Below are positions 1-9,431 of a DNA stretch of 64,000 nucleotides, piece by piece. Every line of letters starts with the position of its first letter. Positions within the stretch are counted from its first letter, which is position 1. The stretch is from a virus: positions 1 to 64,000 of IMG/VR virus record IMGVR_UViG_3300033146_004974; one strand, 5' to 3'. The notes under the pieces were generated by a model that searched no databases, was not told the DNA's origin, and was given only the letters and a program-made list of their open reading frames with translations. The translations under genes and the position numbers were made by a program.

Positions 1-337
1 TACGGCTGATTTTAAACCTCTTTTGAAAATCATGAAAGATCCTGCAAGTTACATGGTTTCTAGAGAGGTTGGCCAAGAGGAAGCACAAGAGGAAATGAGG
101 AAAGCACGAGAAAAGAAAGATGCAAACAATGATCGTCTTAAAAGACAACAAGGTTGGAGAAGAAAGCCTGATATTCAAGATGATGAAGATGCTTCCAAGC
201 GTGACAGCATTCCAATGTCTCAAGAAGATATAATGAAATTGCTTAAGCAACAAGAGGAAGAAAATAAAAAAAATCTTCAAGAGGCAGTTGATAATGAAAT
301 TTATAAACAAATCGTTGAAGAATTGGGGCACGCTTAA
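1..337 (+). CDS. hypothetical charged protein, probably 5'-truncated by the window edge
   Basis: ORF 23..337, K/E-rich, followed by a terminator; true start likely upstream. Confidence 0.6.
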   Translation, partial: TADFKPLLKIMKDPASYMVSREVGQEEAQEEMRKAREKKDANNDRLKRQQGWRRKPDIQDDEDASKRDSIPMSQEDIMKLLKQQEEENKKNLQEAVDNEIYKQIVEELGHA

Positions 338-350
338 ATGCATTTTCAAC

Positions 351-377
351 AAGCCAACCTTGAAAGGTTGGCTTTTT
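351..377 (+). terminator. intrinsic terminator
   Basis: AAGCCAACCT-TGAA-AGGTTGGCTT hairpin followed by a T tract. Confidence 0.8.
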
Positions 378-442
378 GTGTTTTTTGACCAACAAAGGAA
401 ATACTTAACTTGACTGTTTTAAAAAACCAAGGAGAGTATTAT

Positions 443-3292
443 ATGGCGAACGAAAAAAAATTCAATTTTGTCAGTCCTGGTATCAGAGTTAACGAAATTG
501 ATAACTCTGGTAGACCAAATGTGGCAAAAAATATAGGGCCTGTTATCATTGGGCGTGCGGAACGAGGTCCGCATATTCCAACTACAGTAAATTCAATGGC
601 AGAATTCATTGAAACTTATGGGAATCCAATTCCCGGTGGTGCTGGCGGTGATATTTGGAGAGATGGAAATAAAGTTGCTCCCGCTTACGGAACATATGCA
701 ATGCAAGGTTGGCTAAGAAGCAATTCACCGGCAACTTTTATTCGACTTTTGGGACATGAGCATCAAGATTCGACAAGCGATGGACGTGCTGGTTGGGAAG
801 TGCAAGATTTAGGAACTTCTGCAACAAATGGTGGTGCTTATGGTCTATTCATTGTTGATTCAGGATCTTCACCTTCTGATGTCCAGACTGGCTCTTTAGC
901 AGCCATTTTTTATATTCAATCTGGTTCTATTCAGTTAAAGGGGAACATTGCTGGGACTTCTGCGCTAACTGCTTCCGTTGGAACAATGATTGGCTCAACT
1001 GGTGCTGATAAAGAGTTTAAAATCATCATTCGCAACGGTAGCTTAGAGACTGTCAAAGAAACTACATTCAATTTTAATGAAAGCTCAAAAAAATTCATCC
1101 GTAAAGTGTTCAACACAAACCCAACCTTGGTAAACACTGATGTAACCCCATCTGATGTAACATCAAATTATTGGCTTGGTGAAACTTTTGAAAAATTCGT
1201 CAATGAAAAGGTAACGAATTCTGGTGCAGGAGAAAATTTCGGTATCCTTGTTGGATTGAAGGACCCTACTAGTGATAGTGAACAAGCATCGTTTCGTTTT
1301 GGTTGCCGCCCAGGACAAAGTGGTTGGGTTATTGCGCAAGATTTGAACACAGTTGGCGGATCTTCAAACAATTTTGATGCTTCGACAATGACCAAACTTT
1401 TCAAAATTCATGGTTTACATTCTGGGGAATGGTTGCAGAAAAATGTAAAAATAAGTATTTCTGAAATTACTCCATCAATTAATGAGAATGAACCATATGG
1501 TACTTTTACTGTAACATTGCGTGATATTGCCGATTCTGATAACGCAATTCAAATTATTGAAAGATATAAGAATTGTTCTTTGAATCCTAATTCGCCAAAC
1601 TACATTGCTAAAAAGATCGGTGACAAACATTTGGTTTGGAATGATCGCGAACGCAAATATTATGAATATGGATCATACAATAATCAGAGTAAATTCATTC
1701 GAGTTGAAATGAATTCAATTGTTGATAATGGAGGCATTCCTGCTGAAATGTTGCCATTTGGATTTCATGGGCCAATTCGTCACAAAGGTTTCGCAATTGC
1801 GGAAGGTAATGTGAGAGTTTTTGATGATTATGATACAGATTATGAAGAGGCATTCGCCGCTGGTGAAGGAACAATTTACGATATCCATCATAGTGCTGTT
1901 GGAGATGGTTTTTACGCTGGCGACGACGAACTGACCGCATCTTTTCAATTCCCAACTTTAACTCTTCGTGGCGACACCTATTCTGGTTCCTTATCCGATC
2001 CTCGTCAAGCATATTTTGGCATTGAAGTGGGCAAAAGTTCAGCTTCAACAATTTTTCAAAGAGGTTTCTCTGATTATGTAAGACCATTATGTTATGGATT
2101 TGATAGTTTTGCTGAAGAAAGTGAGACAGAAACTTCCTTTGTTTTCACTCTTGATGATATTTCAGGTTCTTCCAATAATCATGCTTTTTATGTTTCAGGC
2201 TCTAGAGCTAGCGGTACTTCCTTGACTGCCAATGGAACTTATAAAGATGTTTTGGACGCAGATTATGGCAAATTTACTTTACCATTTTTTGGCGGTTTTG
2301 ATGGTTTAAACACTCTTGAGCAAGATCCTTTTAGGAATTCATTGTTAGTAGGTGCCAATGATTTGAACAGCTATAGCTATAACACAATCAAACGCGCCAT
2401 TGATTCTGTCAAAGATCCTGAAGAATTTGATTTGAATCTGATCTCTATGCCTGGTCTAACCGAATCTTCTTTGAATCAGCATATGATTTTTATTGCAGAA
2501 GATAGAAGTGATTGCATGGCGATTATAGATCTTGAAGGTAGCTATGTACCTCCTTCTGAGAATACTTCTGACGAAGTTAACCGTCTTGGTTCTGTATCAG
2601 CAGTTATTTCAGAAATGGAAATAAGTGGATATAATTCATCATATGCTGCTGCTTACTTTGATTGGATTAGGATAAAGGATACAATTTCTGGGAATGATCT
2701 ATGGGTTCCACCATCAGTTGCAGCTATTGGAACAATCAGCTATACTCAGAAGACGAAGGATTTATGGTATGCTCCTGCTGGCACTTCAAGATCTTTAACA
2801 AATGGTGCTGCTGGCGTTCCTGTAATTGGTATTCGACAGCGTTTGCGAACAAAAGATAGAGACAAGCTTTATCTTTCACGCATTAATCCAATTACAGATT
2901 ACAAAGGCAATATTGTTATCTGGGGCCAGAAAACAATGAATTTGCCAAGGTCAAACCGAGCAAATTCGGCACTTTCGAGGATTGATGTTCGGCTTCTAGT
3001 TAACCATATCAAGAAACGTATTTCACAAATTAGTATGGACTTTATTTTTGAGAAAAATATCTTCCAGACTTGGCTAAAATGGAAGGGGCAAGTCTCCCCA
3101 TTCTTAGAAGACATTAAAGCACGATATGGACTAGAACGATTTAATATTATTCTCGATTCCTCTACTACAACTGATGAACTCGTTGATAGAAATGTAATGT
3201 ATGCAGTTGTTTCAATAGTTCCAGCTAAATCTATTGAAGCTATCGAAGTTGATCTGCAAGTAAACAACAGCGGTGCTTCATTCGCAGAATAA
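443..3292 (+). CDS. contractile tail sheath protein (gp18-like)
   Basis: N-terminal FVSPGIRVNEID; C-terminal WVPPS, WYAPAG, RINPI, IWGQKT, RIDVRLL sheath motifs; SD GGAG before ATG 443. Confidence 0.95.
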   Translation: MANEKKFNFVSPGIRVNEIDNSGRPNVAKNIGPVIIGRAERGPHIPTTVNSMAEFIETYGNPIPGGAGGDIWRDGNKVAPAYGTYAMQGWLRSNSPATFIRLLGHEHQDSTSDGRAGWEVQDLGTSATNGGAYGLFIVDSGSSPSDVQTGSLAAIFYIQSGSIQLKGNIAGTSALTASVGTMIGSTGADKEFKIIIRNGSLETVKETTFNFNESSKKFIRKVFNTNPTLVNTDVTPSDVTSNYWLGETFEKFVNEKVTNSGAGENFGILVGLKDPTSDSEQASFRFGCRPGQSGWVIAQDLNTVGGSSNNFDASTMTKLFKIHGLHSGEWLQKNVKISISEITPSINENEPYGTFTVTLRDIADSDNAIQIIERYKNCSLNPNSPNYIAKKIGDKHLVWNDRERKYYEYGSYNNQSKFIRVEMNSIVDNGGIPAEMLPFGFHGPIRHKGFAIAEGNVRVFDDYDTDYEEAFAAGEGTIYDIHHSAVGDGFYAGDDELTASFQFPTLTLRGDTYSGSLSDPRQAYFGIEVGKSSASTIFQRGFSDYVRPLCYGFDSFAEESETETSFVFTLDDISGSSNNHAFYVSGSRASGTSLTANGTYKDVLDADYGKFTLPFFGGFDGLNTLEQDPFRNSLLVGANDLNSYSYNTIKRAIDSVKDPEEFDLNLISMPGLTESSLNQHMIFIAEDRSDCMAIIDLEGSYVPPSENTSDEVNRLGSVSAVISEMEISGYNSSYAAAYFDWIRIKDTISGNDLWVPPSVAAIGTISYTQKTKDLWYAPAGTSRSLTNGAAGVPVIGIRQRLRTKDRDKLYLSRINPITDYKGNIVIWGQKTMNLPRSNRANSALSRIDVRLLVNHIKKRISQISMDFIFEKNIFQTWLKWKGQVSPFLEDIKARYGLERFNIILDSSTTTDELVDRNVMYAVVSIVPAKSIEAIEVDLQVNNSGASFAE

Positions 3293-3293
3293 A

Positions 3294-3314
3294 AGGCAGG
3301 TTTTTAACCTGCCT
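3294..3314 (+). other. intergenic hairpin between sheath and tube genes (weak terminator or processing site)
   Basis: AGGCAGGTT-TTT-AACCTGCCT, no clear U tract. Confidence 0.5.
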
Positions 3315-3344
3315 CTCTATTTAAAATTAAAGGAGAAATGAATT

Positions 3345-3896
3345 ATGACTTATTGGTCTTCACCAAATGCTGAACCGAAACGAGACTTTAGATGGGTTCT
3401 CGGATTTGGAGATGGTTTGACACGAATTGATGCGTATATGTGTAAAAATGCTGAACGCCCCACTTTTTCACAAGAGGAAGCTGAAGTAGCTTTTTTAAAC
3501 CACACTTTTTATTATCCTGGAAGGTTGAAATGGAAGGAACTTGCTTTAACTCTCTATGATAAAATTGACCCAAATGGTGCAAATCGTGTTTATCAAATGA
3601 TCAGAAATGCTGGTTATCATTTGCCAGAAAATCCAGATGATTATGCCACTGTTTCAAAATCTGCCGCTGTTGCAAGTCTTGGTGCGCTAGTCTTAACACA
3701 AATTAATGCCGCTGGCCATCCTATTGAAATTTGGACCTTGAAAAATGCTTGGATTAAGGATTTCACTCCCAGCAAGTGGGATTATACCAGTAATGAAGTA
3801 GCGACATTGGATATTACCATTCGTTTTGACTTTGCAAAACTAGAACAGATGCCTGCTTCGCCAGAATTCCAGAATTTCGAACCAGAACTACCATAA
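3345..3896 (+). CDS. tail tube protein (gp19-like)
   Basis: EPKRDFRW, YYPGRLKW, WTLKNAWI, ITIRFD motifs; directly follows sheath. Confidence 0.9.
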   Translation: MTYWSSPNAEPKRDFRWVLGFGDGLTRIDAYMCKNAERPTFSQEEAEVAFLNHTFYYPGRLKWKELALTLYDKIDPNGANRVYQMIRNAGYHLPENPDDYATVSKSAAVASLGALVLTQINAAGHPIEIWTLKNAWIKDFTPSKWDYTSNEVATLDITIRFDFAKLEQMPASPEFQNFEPELP

Positions 3897-3916
3897 TAAC
3901 AGAAACAGGAAGGTAA

Positions 3917-4765
3917 ATGAGAAACGAGAATCGCTTACCAAGTGTGCAGCAAATTCATCAAGAGAAGGCTGAAGCGGTTGATGAATTTGCTTCTTATTTT
4001 GAAGAGTACAACACAGAATTTGTACCCTTGGCAACTGAAGGGAAACTATATCCAGAAGGTCATTCATTGCGTTCAGGAGAGATTGAATTAAGATATCCAG
4101 ACACCAATTCGCAGACAATTTTGCAAAACAAGTCTTATATTAAAAAAGGAATTGTTTACGAAAAATTTCTGCAATCGTTGGTTGTTGATAAGGGAATAAA
4201 AATTGGTGATGTTTATGCTTCAGATATTGCTTCAATGCTTATTCATACAAGAGTACTAATGTTCGGAAACGATTTTAGAACAACTGTACGATGTCCTGTT
4301 TGTAATGGACAGAACAAGGTTACAATTGATCTTTCAGAACAGCACTTTAGCATGAGAGCTGAAAAAGAACTTGAAGCAGAAAACATCAAACGGAATGGGG
4401 AAGAGTTTGAAATTGTTTTGAGCAATGGTTTGAAAGTTGTTTATAAATTATTGCTTGGGAAAGAACAAAACTATCTAACTCAAATATCTTCAAAAAAGAA
4501 GAAAAACAGCTTGCAGCATGATCCTATCAAAGATTTATTCAATGTGGTTGTTAAGAAAGTTTTGACAGAAGAAGGTAAGGAAATGCCTTTACATGTTTTT
4601 CTTGACAGAGCGCCTTTAAAATTGACTTCGCAAGTTATCATGGCTTACAACTTTTCTGAGCCTAACACTGATATTACATCGGATTTCACATGTGAGCATT
4701 GTTTCAATTATGAAGAAGATTTGGTGATTCCTTTAACAGTCAACTTTTTTCGTCCGAAACTCTGA
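3917..4765 (+). CDS. baseplate hub / tail assembly chaperone (gp26-like)
   Basis: VPLATEGKLYP, CPVC and CEHC zinc pairs, ends PLTVNFFRP; between tube and tape measure. Confidence 0.75.
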   Translation: MRNENRLPSVQQIHQEKAEAVDEFASYFEEYNTEFVPLATEGKLYPEGHSLRSGEIELRYPDTNSQTILQNKSYIKKGIVYEKFLQSLVVDKGIKIGDVYASDIASMLIHTRVLMFGNDFRTTVRCPVCNGQNKVTIDLSEQHFSMRAEKELEAENIKRNGEEFEIVLSNGLKVVYKLLLGKEQNYLTQISSKKKKNSLQHDPIKDLFNVVVKKVLTEEGKEMPLHVFLDRAPLKLTSQVIMAYNFSEPNTDITSDFTCEHCFNYEEDLVIPLTVNFFRPKL

Positions 4766-4964
4766 TAGGATTGAGCCTAAAAACTTTTTCTTTGACGAGG
4801 AATATTTAAAAACAATTTTTAAACAGATTAATAGCTTGGTTGTTTATGGTAATCACAACTTTAAATATCTTGTTAATATCCCAACAGGTTTGAGAGACTT
4901 TCTCATAGCAGATTTTATCGAGATTAAACAAAAGGAAGCAGAAGCTCATAAGAAGAATAAGTGA
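4746..4964 (+). CDS. ATG-less extension ORF of the chaperone (probable +1 frameshift product)
   Basis: Frame open 4737-4964, encodes ...IEPKNFFFDEEYLKTIFKQINSLVVYGNHNFKYLVNIPTGLRDFLIADFIEIKQKEAEAHKKNK; no ATG; overlaps TTTTTTC at the end of the upstream gene. Confidence 0.65.
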   Translation, partial: FFVRNSDRIEPKNFFFDEEYLKTIFKQINSLVVYGNHNFKYLVNIPTGLRDFLIADFIEIKQKEAEAHKKNK

Positions 4965-4993
4965 AAGGCTGGTTTTGACCAGCCTTTTTTTTT
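4964..4993 (+). terminator. intrinsic terminator
   Basis: AAAGGCTGGT-TTTG-ACCAGCCTTT followed by a long T tract. Confidence 0.85.
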
Positions 4994-5020
4994 ACATTCT
5001 AATTAAAATAGGAGAAAGAA

Positions 5021-5329
5021 ATGGAGATTATAGATTTCACTGATAAAAATAAATTGCTGACAGAAAGCTGGTTAGCATCTTTTGGAGGAATCGTTAAATC
5101 AATTCTTGGCCGTATGCTTGGGGATTCAACACCATTCCCTTTTAAGGTCAAAGGATCGAAACGAGAGGTTGAGTCTTTCTTAAATTCGTTAAAGGGAGAG
5201 TATAAATATATTAAGTCTATTCGCAAAAATGGACTGAATTCGGCTGCTACCTTTAAAAATAAAGCGAAATTGCAACGTGCTGTTAGGAATTTTGAAAAGG
5301 AGACTGGGTTGATGTGGCCCTTTGAATAA
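5021..5329 (+). CDS. hypothetical virion-associated protein
   Basis: SD AGGAG; lies in the tail module. Confidence 0.7.
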   Translation: MEIIDFTDKNKLLTESWLASFGGIVKSILGRMLGDSTPFPFKVKGSKREVESFLNSLKGEYKYIKSIRKNGLNSAATFKNKAKLQRAVRNFEKETGLMWPFE

Positions 5330-5334
5330 AAATT

Positions 5335-8130
5335 ATGCCAGCGAATGATCAAGCCAAAATGGTTGCAGCTTTCAAAAGAATGGATAAACTTCTTGAGAAA
5401 AATGTTAAACAACAAAAAGATCTTGCAGACATTTTGAAAGAAATGAGCAACAAAATTGGCAAAATCAAGGGTGCCAAGGATAGCTCATCAAATGTAAATA
5501 AATCACCTGATGCGAAAGATGAGATGAAGAGGTCCGAAAAAGAATTAAAAAATCTTCGCAAACAAAAAGAGCTTCAAAATACGATTTCAAGGGAATTAGA
5601 AACACAATTTGAAGCTCATGTTAGCAACATGAAGCTAATAAGTGAAGAATATGAAATTCGCAAACAAATTCATCAACTTAGCATATTAACATATGGCCAC
5701 AATTCTGCACAAGCTATCGCACAAGCTGAGCTTGTGCGAGAAGCAAAAGCAAGATATGAATTAGCAGTTCGTCAACAAGGAATTGATGAACTTGGAGAAC
5801 AACATGCTTTAAGATTGGCTGAAGTAATGGGAGGCGTTCGCAAAGATAGCCAAACTTTTGCCGGGAACTTTGTCAAAGCATTGAACACTTCCGGTGGCTT
5901 AACAAGAATGATGCAAGGTTTCAAAAGGGGAATGAAGGATACTCTATTCTCTCTTGAAGCAATGACAACAGCGGGTTTGGACAAGATTATCGAGTCAACA
6001 ATGCTTGTTGCAATTCAAACAGAACAAGCAATTTCTTCATTTCAAAAAGCGACTGGCGCATCTGATGAATATGCTAGTCAAATTGAAGTTGTTCATAATG
6101 AAACAATGCGTTATGGAGTTGATGCGACACAAGCTGCTGAAGCAATGACAAATTTGAGTCATGAGATGATGAATTTTAACACATTATCTTCTCAAACTCA
6201 AAATGAATTGGCTGGAACGATTGCGCTGCTTGATCAAATTGGAGTTTCTGCAACAACAAGTTCTAAATCCATGGATTTGATGATAAATTCTATGGGACTA
6301 AGCACAACTGAGGCACAACAATTCACAAATGAATTAGCAGATCTTGGCGCAATGCTTGGGAACAGTGCACAAGCATTTGAAGATTTCAATGCATCAGCAA
6401 AAGTTTTGCACGCTTATGGAAAAGATGCAAAATCTGTTTTTATTGAACTTGAAAAATCCGCAAAAGCTACCAAAATTCAAATGAGTGAGTTGCTTGTTAT
6501 CACGAATCAATTTGATACATTTGAAGGAGCTGCTGAGGCTGCCGCTGGGTTGAATTCAATTCTTGGTGGAGGTTTGCTTAATGCTTCACAACTTGTTTTA
6601 GCGTCAGAAGAAGAGAGGATTCGGTTGCTTATCGAATCAATCCAGCTTTCTGGAAAAAGCTGGGATGCTATGAAAAAGCATGAGAGAATGGCGATTGCAA
6701 ATGCTGCTGGTATCAATGATATGACAGTGGCGAATAAACTTTTCAGCATGTCCTTGTCGGCTTATGATGAATCAATGGTCAAAAATGAAAAAATGGCTGA
6801 ATCTCAGAAAGCTCTTGAGGAGCGTGCAATGGAAGTTAAGGCTATTTGGGAAGAATGGAAAATCATTATTCAGCAGACTGCAATTGCAATGCAACCTTTG
6901 CTCGACATTGTGAAAACCTTTGTTGAATGGATCATCGAAGCGAATGAGGCTTTGGGAGGGAAATTAATCCCAATTTTGACTGGTGCTGGTTTGGCCTATA
7001 TAGTATTCGGGAAGGTTGTTAATGTTGTTTTAAGCGGTCTTTCATTGGGATTGAAAGCAACTGGGGCTGCTGCTACAACAGCATCTCCAGGAATTGTAAC
7101 ATTGGGTAATGCTCTTGGCACTTTTGCAACCGCTGCCGCAAAAGCAGTCCCGGTTGTTTTAGGATTCGCAGCGTCAATTCTTGTTGCATCAATTGGAATT
7201 GGATTGGTTGTTGGTTCGCTCGTCCTTTTGGCTTACGCCTTGAAAGATATGTCAGGGGAAGGTGTAACAACCCTTGCAGTAATGGCGGGGTTAATTTTGG
7301 CAGTTGGTTTTGCGGGGAGTGCAGCATCAAGTGGAATGATTCAGTTTGGTGCCGGTATGTTGCTGGTTGGGGCAGGAGTTGCGTTGATTGGTGCCGGGAT
7401 TTGGTTAATGGCAGAAGGTTTTGAAACCTTTGTCGAATCATTTCAGAATCTTGATTTGAATAAGTTTATGCAGTTTTCCCTTTCGTTGATGGCTTTTTCA
7501 GCAGCGCTGGGAATCCTTGTTCCAGTTTTGGCAGCATTTGCTTTGATATCTTTGCCAGCATTTCTTGGTTTGTCAATGTTTTCTGCTGGTCTTGCCTTGA
7601 TGAAAGAAGCTCTGGGTTCTACAAATGATTTGGACAATTTGGCCACTCTTTTTGAATCTTTGGCGAAAATTGTTGAAGAATCAGAGAAACTTAGCAAACT
7701 CCCAGGAATTATTGGAGATGTTGTTGACAAATTGAACGCACTAAATATGGTCAAACTTCTTTTGGCGAATGCTCTTGGTTCATGGTTTGATGCGTTCAAT
7801 GATGATGGCTGGATTGCGCAAATCAATGCAGTTGGGAACAAAATTAAACCTGTTGTCGAACTTGTTTCAACGATTAATTCAGAAAAAGTACAGCAAGTTT
7901 CTGAATTGGCTCAAAGCATTAAAGTTATAACAGAGAGTACTGCTAATCCAAGCAAGGAACAAGTTGAATTGTTAAAAGCGATTGCTTCCAAGTCTGATGG
8001 GCACGAAAATGGTGGAATTGTTGTTAAAGTTTATTTAGACAGTAAAGAGATTTCTGCAAAAGCTGTTAAAAGAATTGAAAACAATAGAACAAAATCTTAT
8101 AATTTTGCCAAGAGGATAAAAAGTACATAA
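5335..8130 (+). CDS. tail tape measure protein
   Basis: 931 aa, Ala/Gln/Glu helical N-half, long hydrophobic Ala/Gly-rich segment, VKVYLDSKEI C-terminus; synteny. Confidence 0.85.
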   Translation: MPANDQAKMVAAFKRMDKLLEKNVKQQKDLADILKEMSNKIGKIKGAKDSSSNVNKSPDAKDEMKRSEKELKNLRKQKELQNTISRELETQFEAHVSNMKLISEEYEIRKQIHQLSILTYGHNSAQAIAQAELVREAKARYELAVRQQGIDELGEQHALRLAEVMGGVRKDSQTFAGNFVKALNTSGGLTRMMQGFKRGMKDTLFSLEAMTTAGLDKIIESTMLVAIQTEQAISSFQKATGASDEYASQIEVVHNETMRYGVDATQAAEAMTNLSHEMMNFNTLSSQTQNELAGTIALLDQIGVSATTSSKSMDLMINSMGLSTTEAQQFTNELADLGAMLGNSAQAFEDFNASAKVLHAYGKDAKSVFIELEKSAKATKIQMSELLVITNQFDTFEGAAEAAAGLNSILGGGLLNASQLVLASEEERIRLLIESIQLSGKSWDAMKKHERMAIANAAGINDMTVANKLFSMSLSAYDESMVKNEKMAESQKALEERAMEVKAIWEEWKIIIQQTAIAMQPLLDIVKTFVEWIIEANEALGGKLIPILTGAGLAYIVFGKVVNVVLSGLSLGLKATGAAATTASPGIVTLGNALGTFATAAAKAVPVVLGFAASILVASIGIGLVVGSLVLLAYALKDMSGEGVTTLAVMAGLILAVGFAGSAASSGMIQFGAGMLLVGAGVALIGAGIWLMAEGFETFVESFQNLDLNKFMQFSLSLMAFSAALGILVPVLAAFALISLPAFLGLSMFSAGLALMKEALGSTNDLDNLATLFESLAKIVEESEKLSKLPGIIGDVVDKLNALNMVKLLLANALGSWFDAFNDDGWIAQINAVGNKIKPVVELVSTINSEKVQQVSELAQSIKVITESTANPSKEQVELLKAIASKSDGHENGGIVVKVYLDSKEISAKAVKRIENNRTKSYNFAKRIKST

Positions 8131-9092
8131 TGGAAGGAAAAAAAGCAAAAAAACACAATAGTCCTTTTGAAGATATTAAAGAAGATCCATATGTTAATAT
8201 CCTTTCCAACAATTATACTAAATTAAAAATTTATTCAGTACCAGCAAATTCTGAAATTTCGTTTAATGCAATGTTGACAAATTTTAGCGATAAATTTTCT
8301 CAAAATTGGGAAGAAACTGCTGTGTACGGTAGGATGGATGAAATTTTGACATTTGCAGGAACAATTCGAGAAATAAATATATCATTCAATGTTCCTGCGT
8401 ATTCAGCATTAGAAGCGTTTAAAAATATGGAAAAAATTTCAAAACTGGCTAGTTTCCAATATCCGGGATATGAGGAGCATTTTTCAAGCGAAGATTGGAT
8501 GTTTGCAAACGCGAATACGATTAGCACTCCACCATTATTTAAAGTGAAAATGGGGAATTTAATAACATTGCCGACTGCTGCCAATGTTGGTTCGGCAAAA
8601 AGTGCTGGTTTGTTGTGCAAAATGAGTGGATTTGAATTCAATCCTGTTAATGAAATGGGGTATTTTACACCAGCAAAAGGAGCGTTTTTGCCAAAGCTTG
8701 TTGAACTTTCTTTTGATCTGAAAGTTTTACATACTCACGAACTAGGATGGGGTATGGACCATAAAAAAAGGACCAATCCAAATAATAGTAGCCAAAGAAG
8801 GGGGGCTAATTTCCCATATTTGATTGCAAACGATGGTGGTGGTCCTGGAAGAGAAGATGCTTTTTATGAGGAACCAGTTGGAAACTCATGTGAAAATGTT
8901 TCTCAAGGAATAAGCGAAGGAGAAGTATGTAATGAATGTGGTGGCAATTGCCCAGATGTTGATTGTTCTATGTCTTCTGATCCTCAATGCATTAATGATG
9001 ATAGAACTTCTATCCAAGAGGAAATGAACGAAACGCATAATCAAATTGTCGAAGATTCGCTTGTTAATATGCTATTCAGTCAAGGGACTTAA
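8130..9092 (+). CDS. baseplate / tail-tube initiator protein
   Basis: FSDKFSQNW..VYGRMD..F.GT.REI.ISF and PPLFKVKMGNL; follows tape measure; Cys-rich C-terminal tail. Confidence 0.7.
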   Translation: MEGKKAKKHNSPFEDIKEDPYVNILSNNYTKLKIYSVPANSEISFNAMLTNFSDKFSQNWEETAVYGRMDEILTFAGTIREINISFNVPAYSALEAFKNMEKISKLASFQYPGYEEHFSSEDWMFANANTISTPPLFKVKMGNLITLPTAANVGSAKSAGLLCKMSGFEFNPVNEMGYFTPAKGAFLPKLVELSFDLKVLHTHELGWGMDHKKRTNPNNSSQRRGANFPYLIANDGGGPGREDAFYEEPVGNSCENVSQGISEGEVCNECGGNCPDVDCSMSSDPQCINDDRTSIQEEMNETHNQIVEDSLVNMLFSQGT

Positions 9093-9097
9093 TAAAA

Positions 9098-9430
9098 ATG
9101 AGATATGATTCTAAAAAAGCTTTGCGATTGGATAATGAACGTTATCAAGAGTGGTTTGATAATCTTGGAGTGAAGTTTGTTAATCTTTATCCAACTTTCC
9201 CAATAAAATACCCTAATGCTGATAAAATGAGGAATATTAAGTTGGTAACTCATATTTGGAAAAGCGGTGATTCTTTAAGCAACCTTGCAGAAAATTTTTA
9301 TAAACATTGGAAATATTGGGAAGTTATTGCAATTTTCAATATGAGACCAACTGACGCATTCTATAGAATTGGTGATAAAGTCTATATTCCACAGCCTTTA
9401 GAAATGGCTTTGCAAATTTTGGAGTTGTAA
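9098..9430 (+). CDS. LysM-like baseplate wedge protein (gp53-like)
   Basis: HIWKSGDSLSNLAENFY..YWEVIAIFN..GDKVYIP. Confidence 0.8.
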   Translation: MRYDSKKALRLDNERYQEWFDNLGVKFVNLYPTFPIKYPNADKMRNIKLVTHIWKSGDSLSNLAENFYKHWKYWEVIAIFNMRPTDAFYRIGDKVYIPQPLEMALQILEL

Positions 9431-9431
9431 A

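Noticed and set aside
3316-5008. Late promoter motif CTA(T/A)TTA before the tube and 5021 genes
   Set aside because: Only two or three short AT-rich instances; too weak to support from this window alone.
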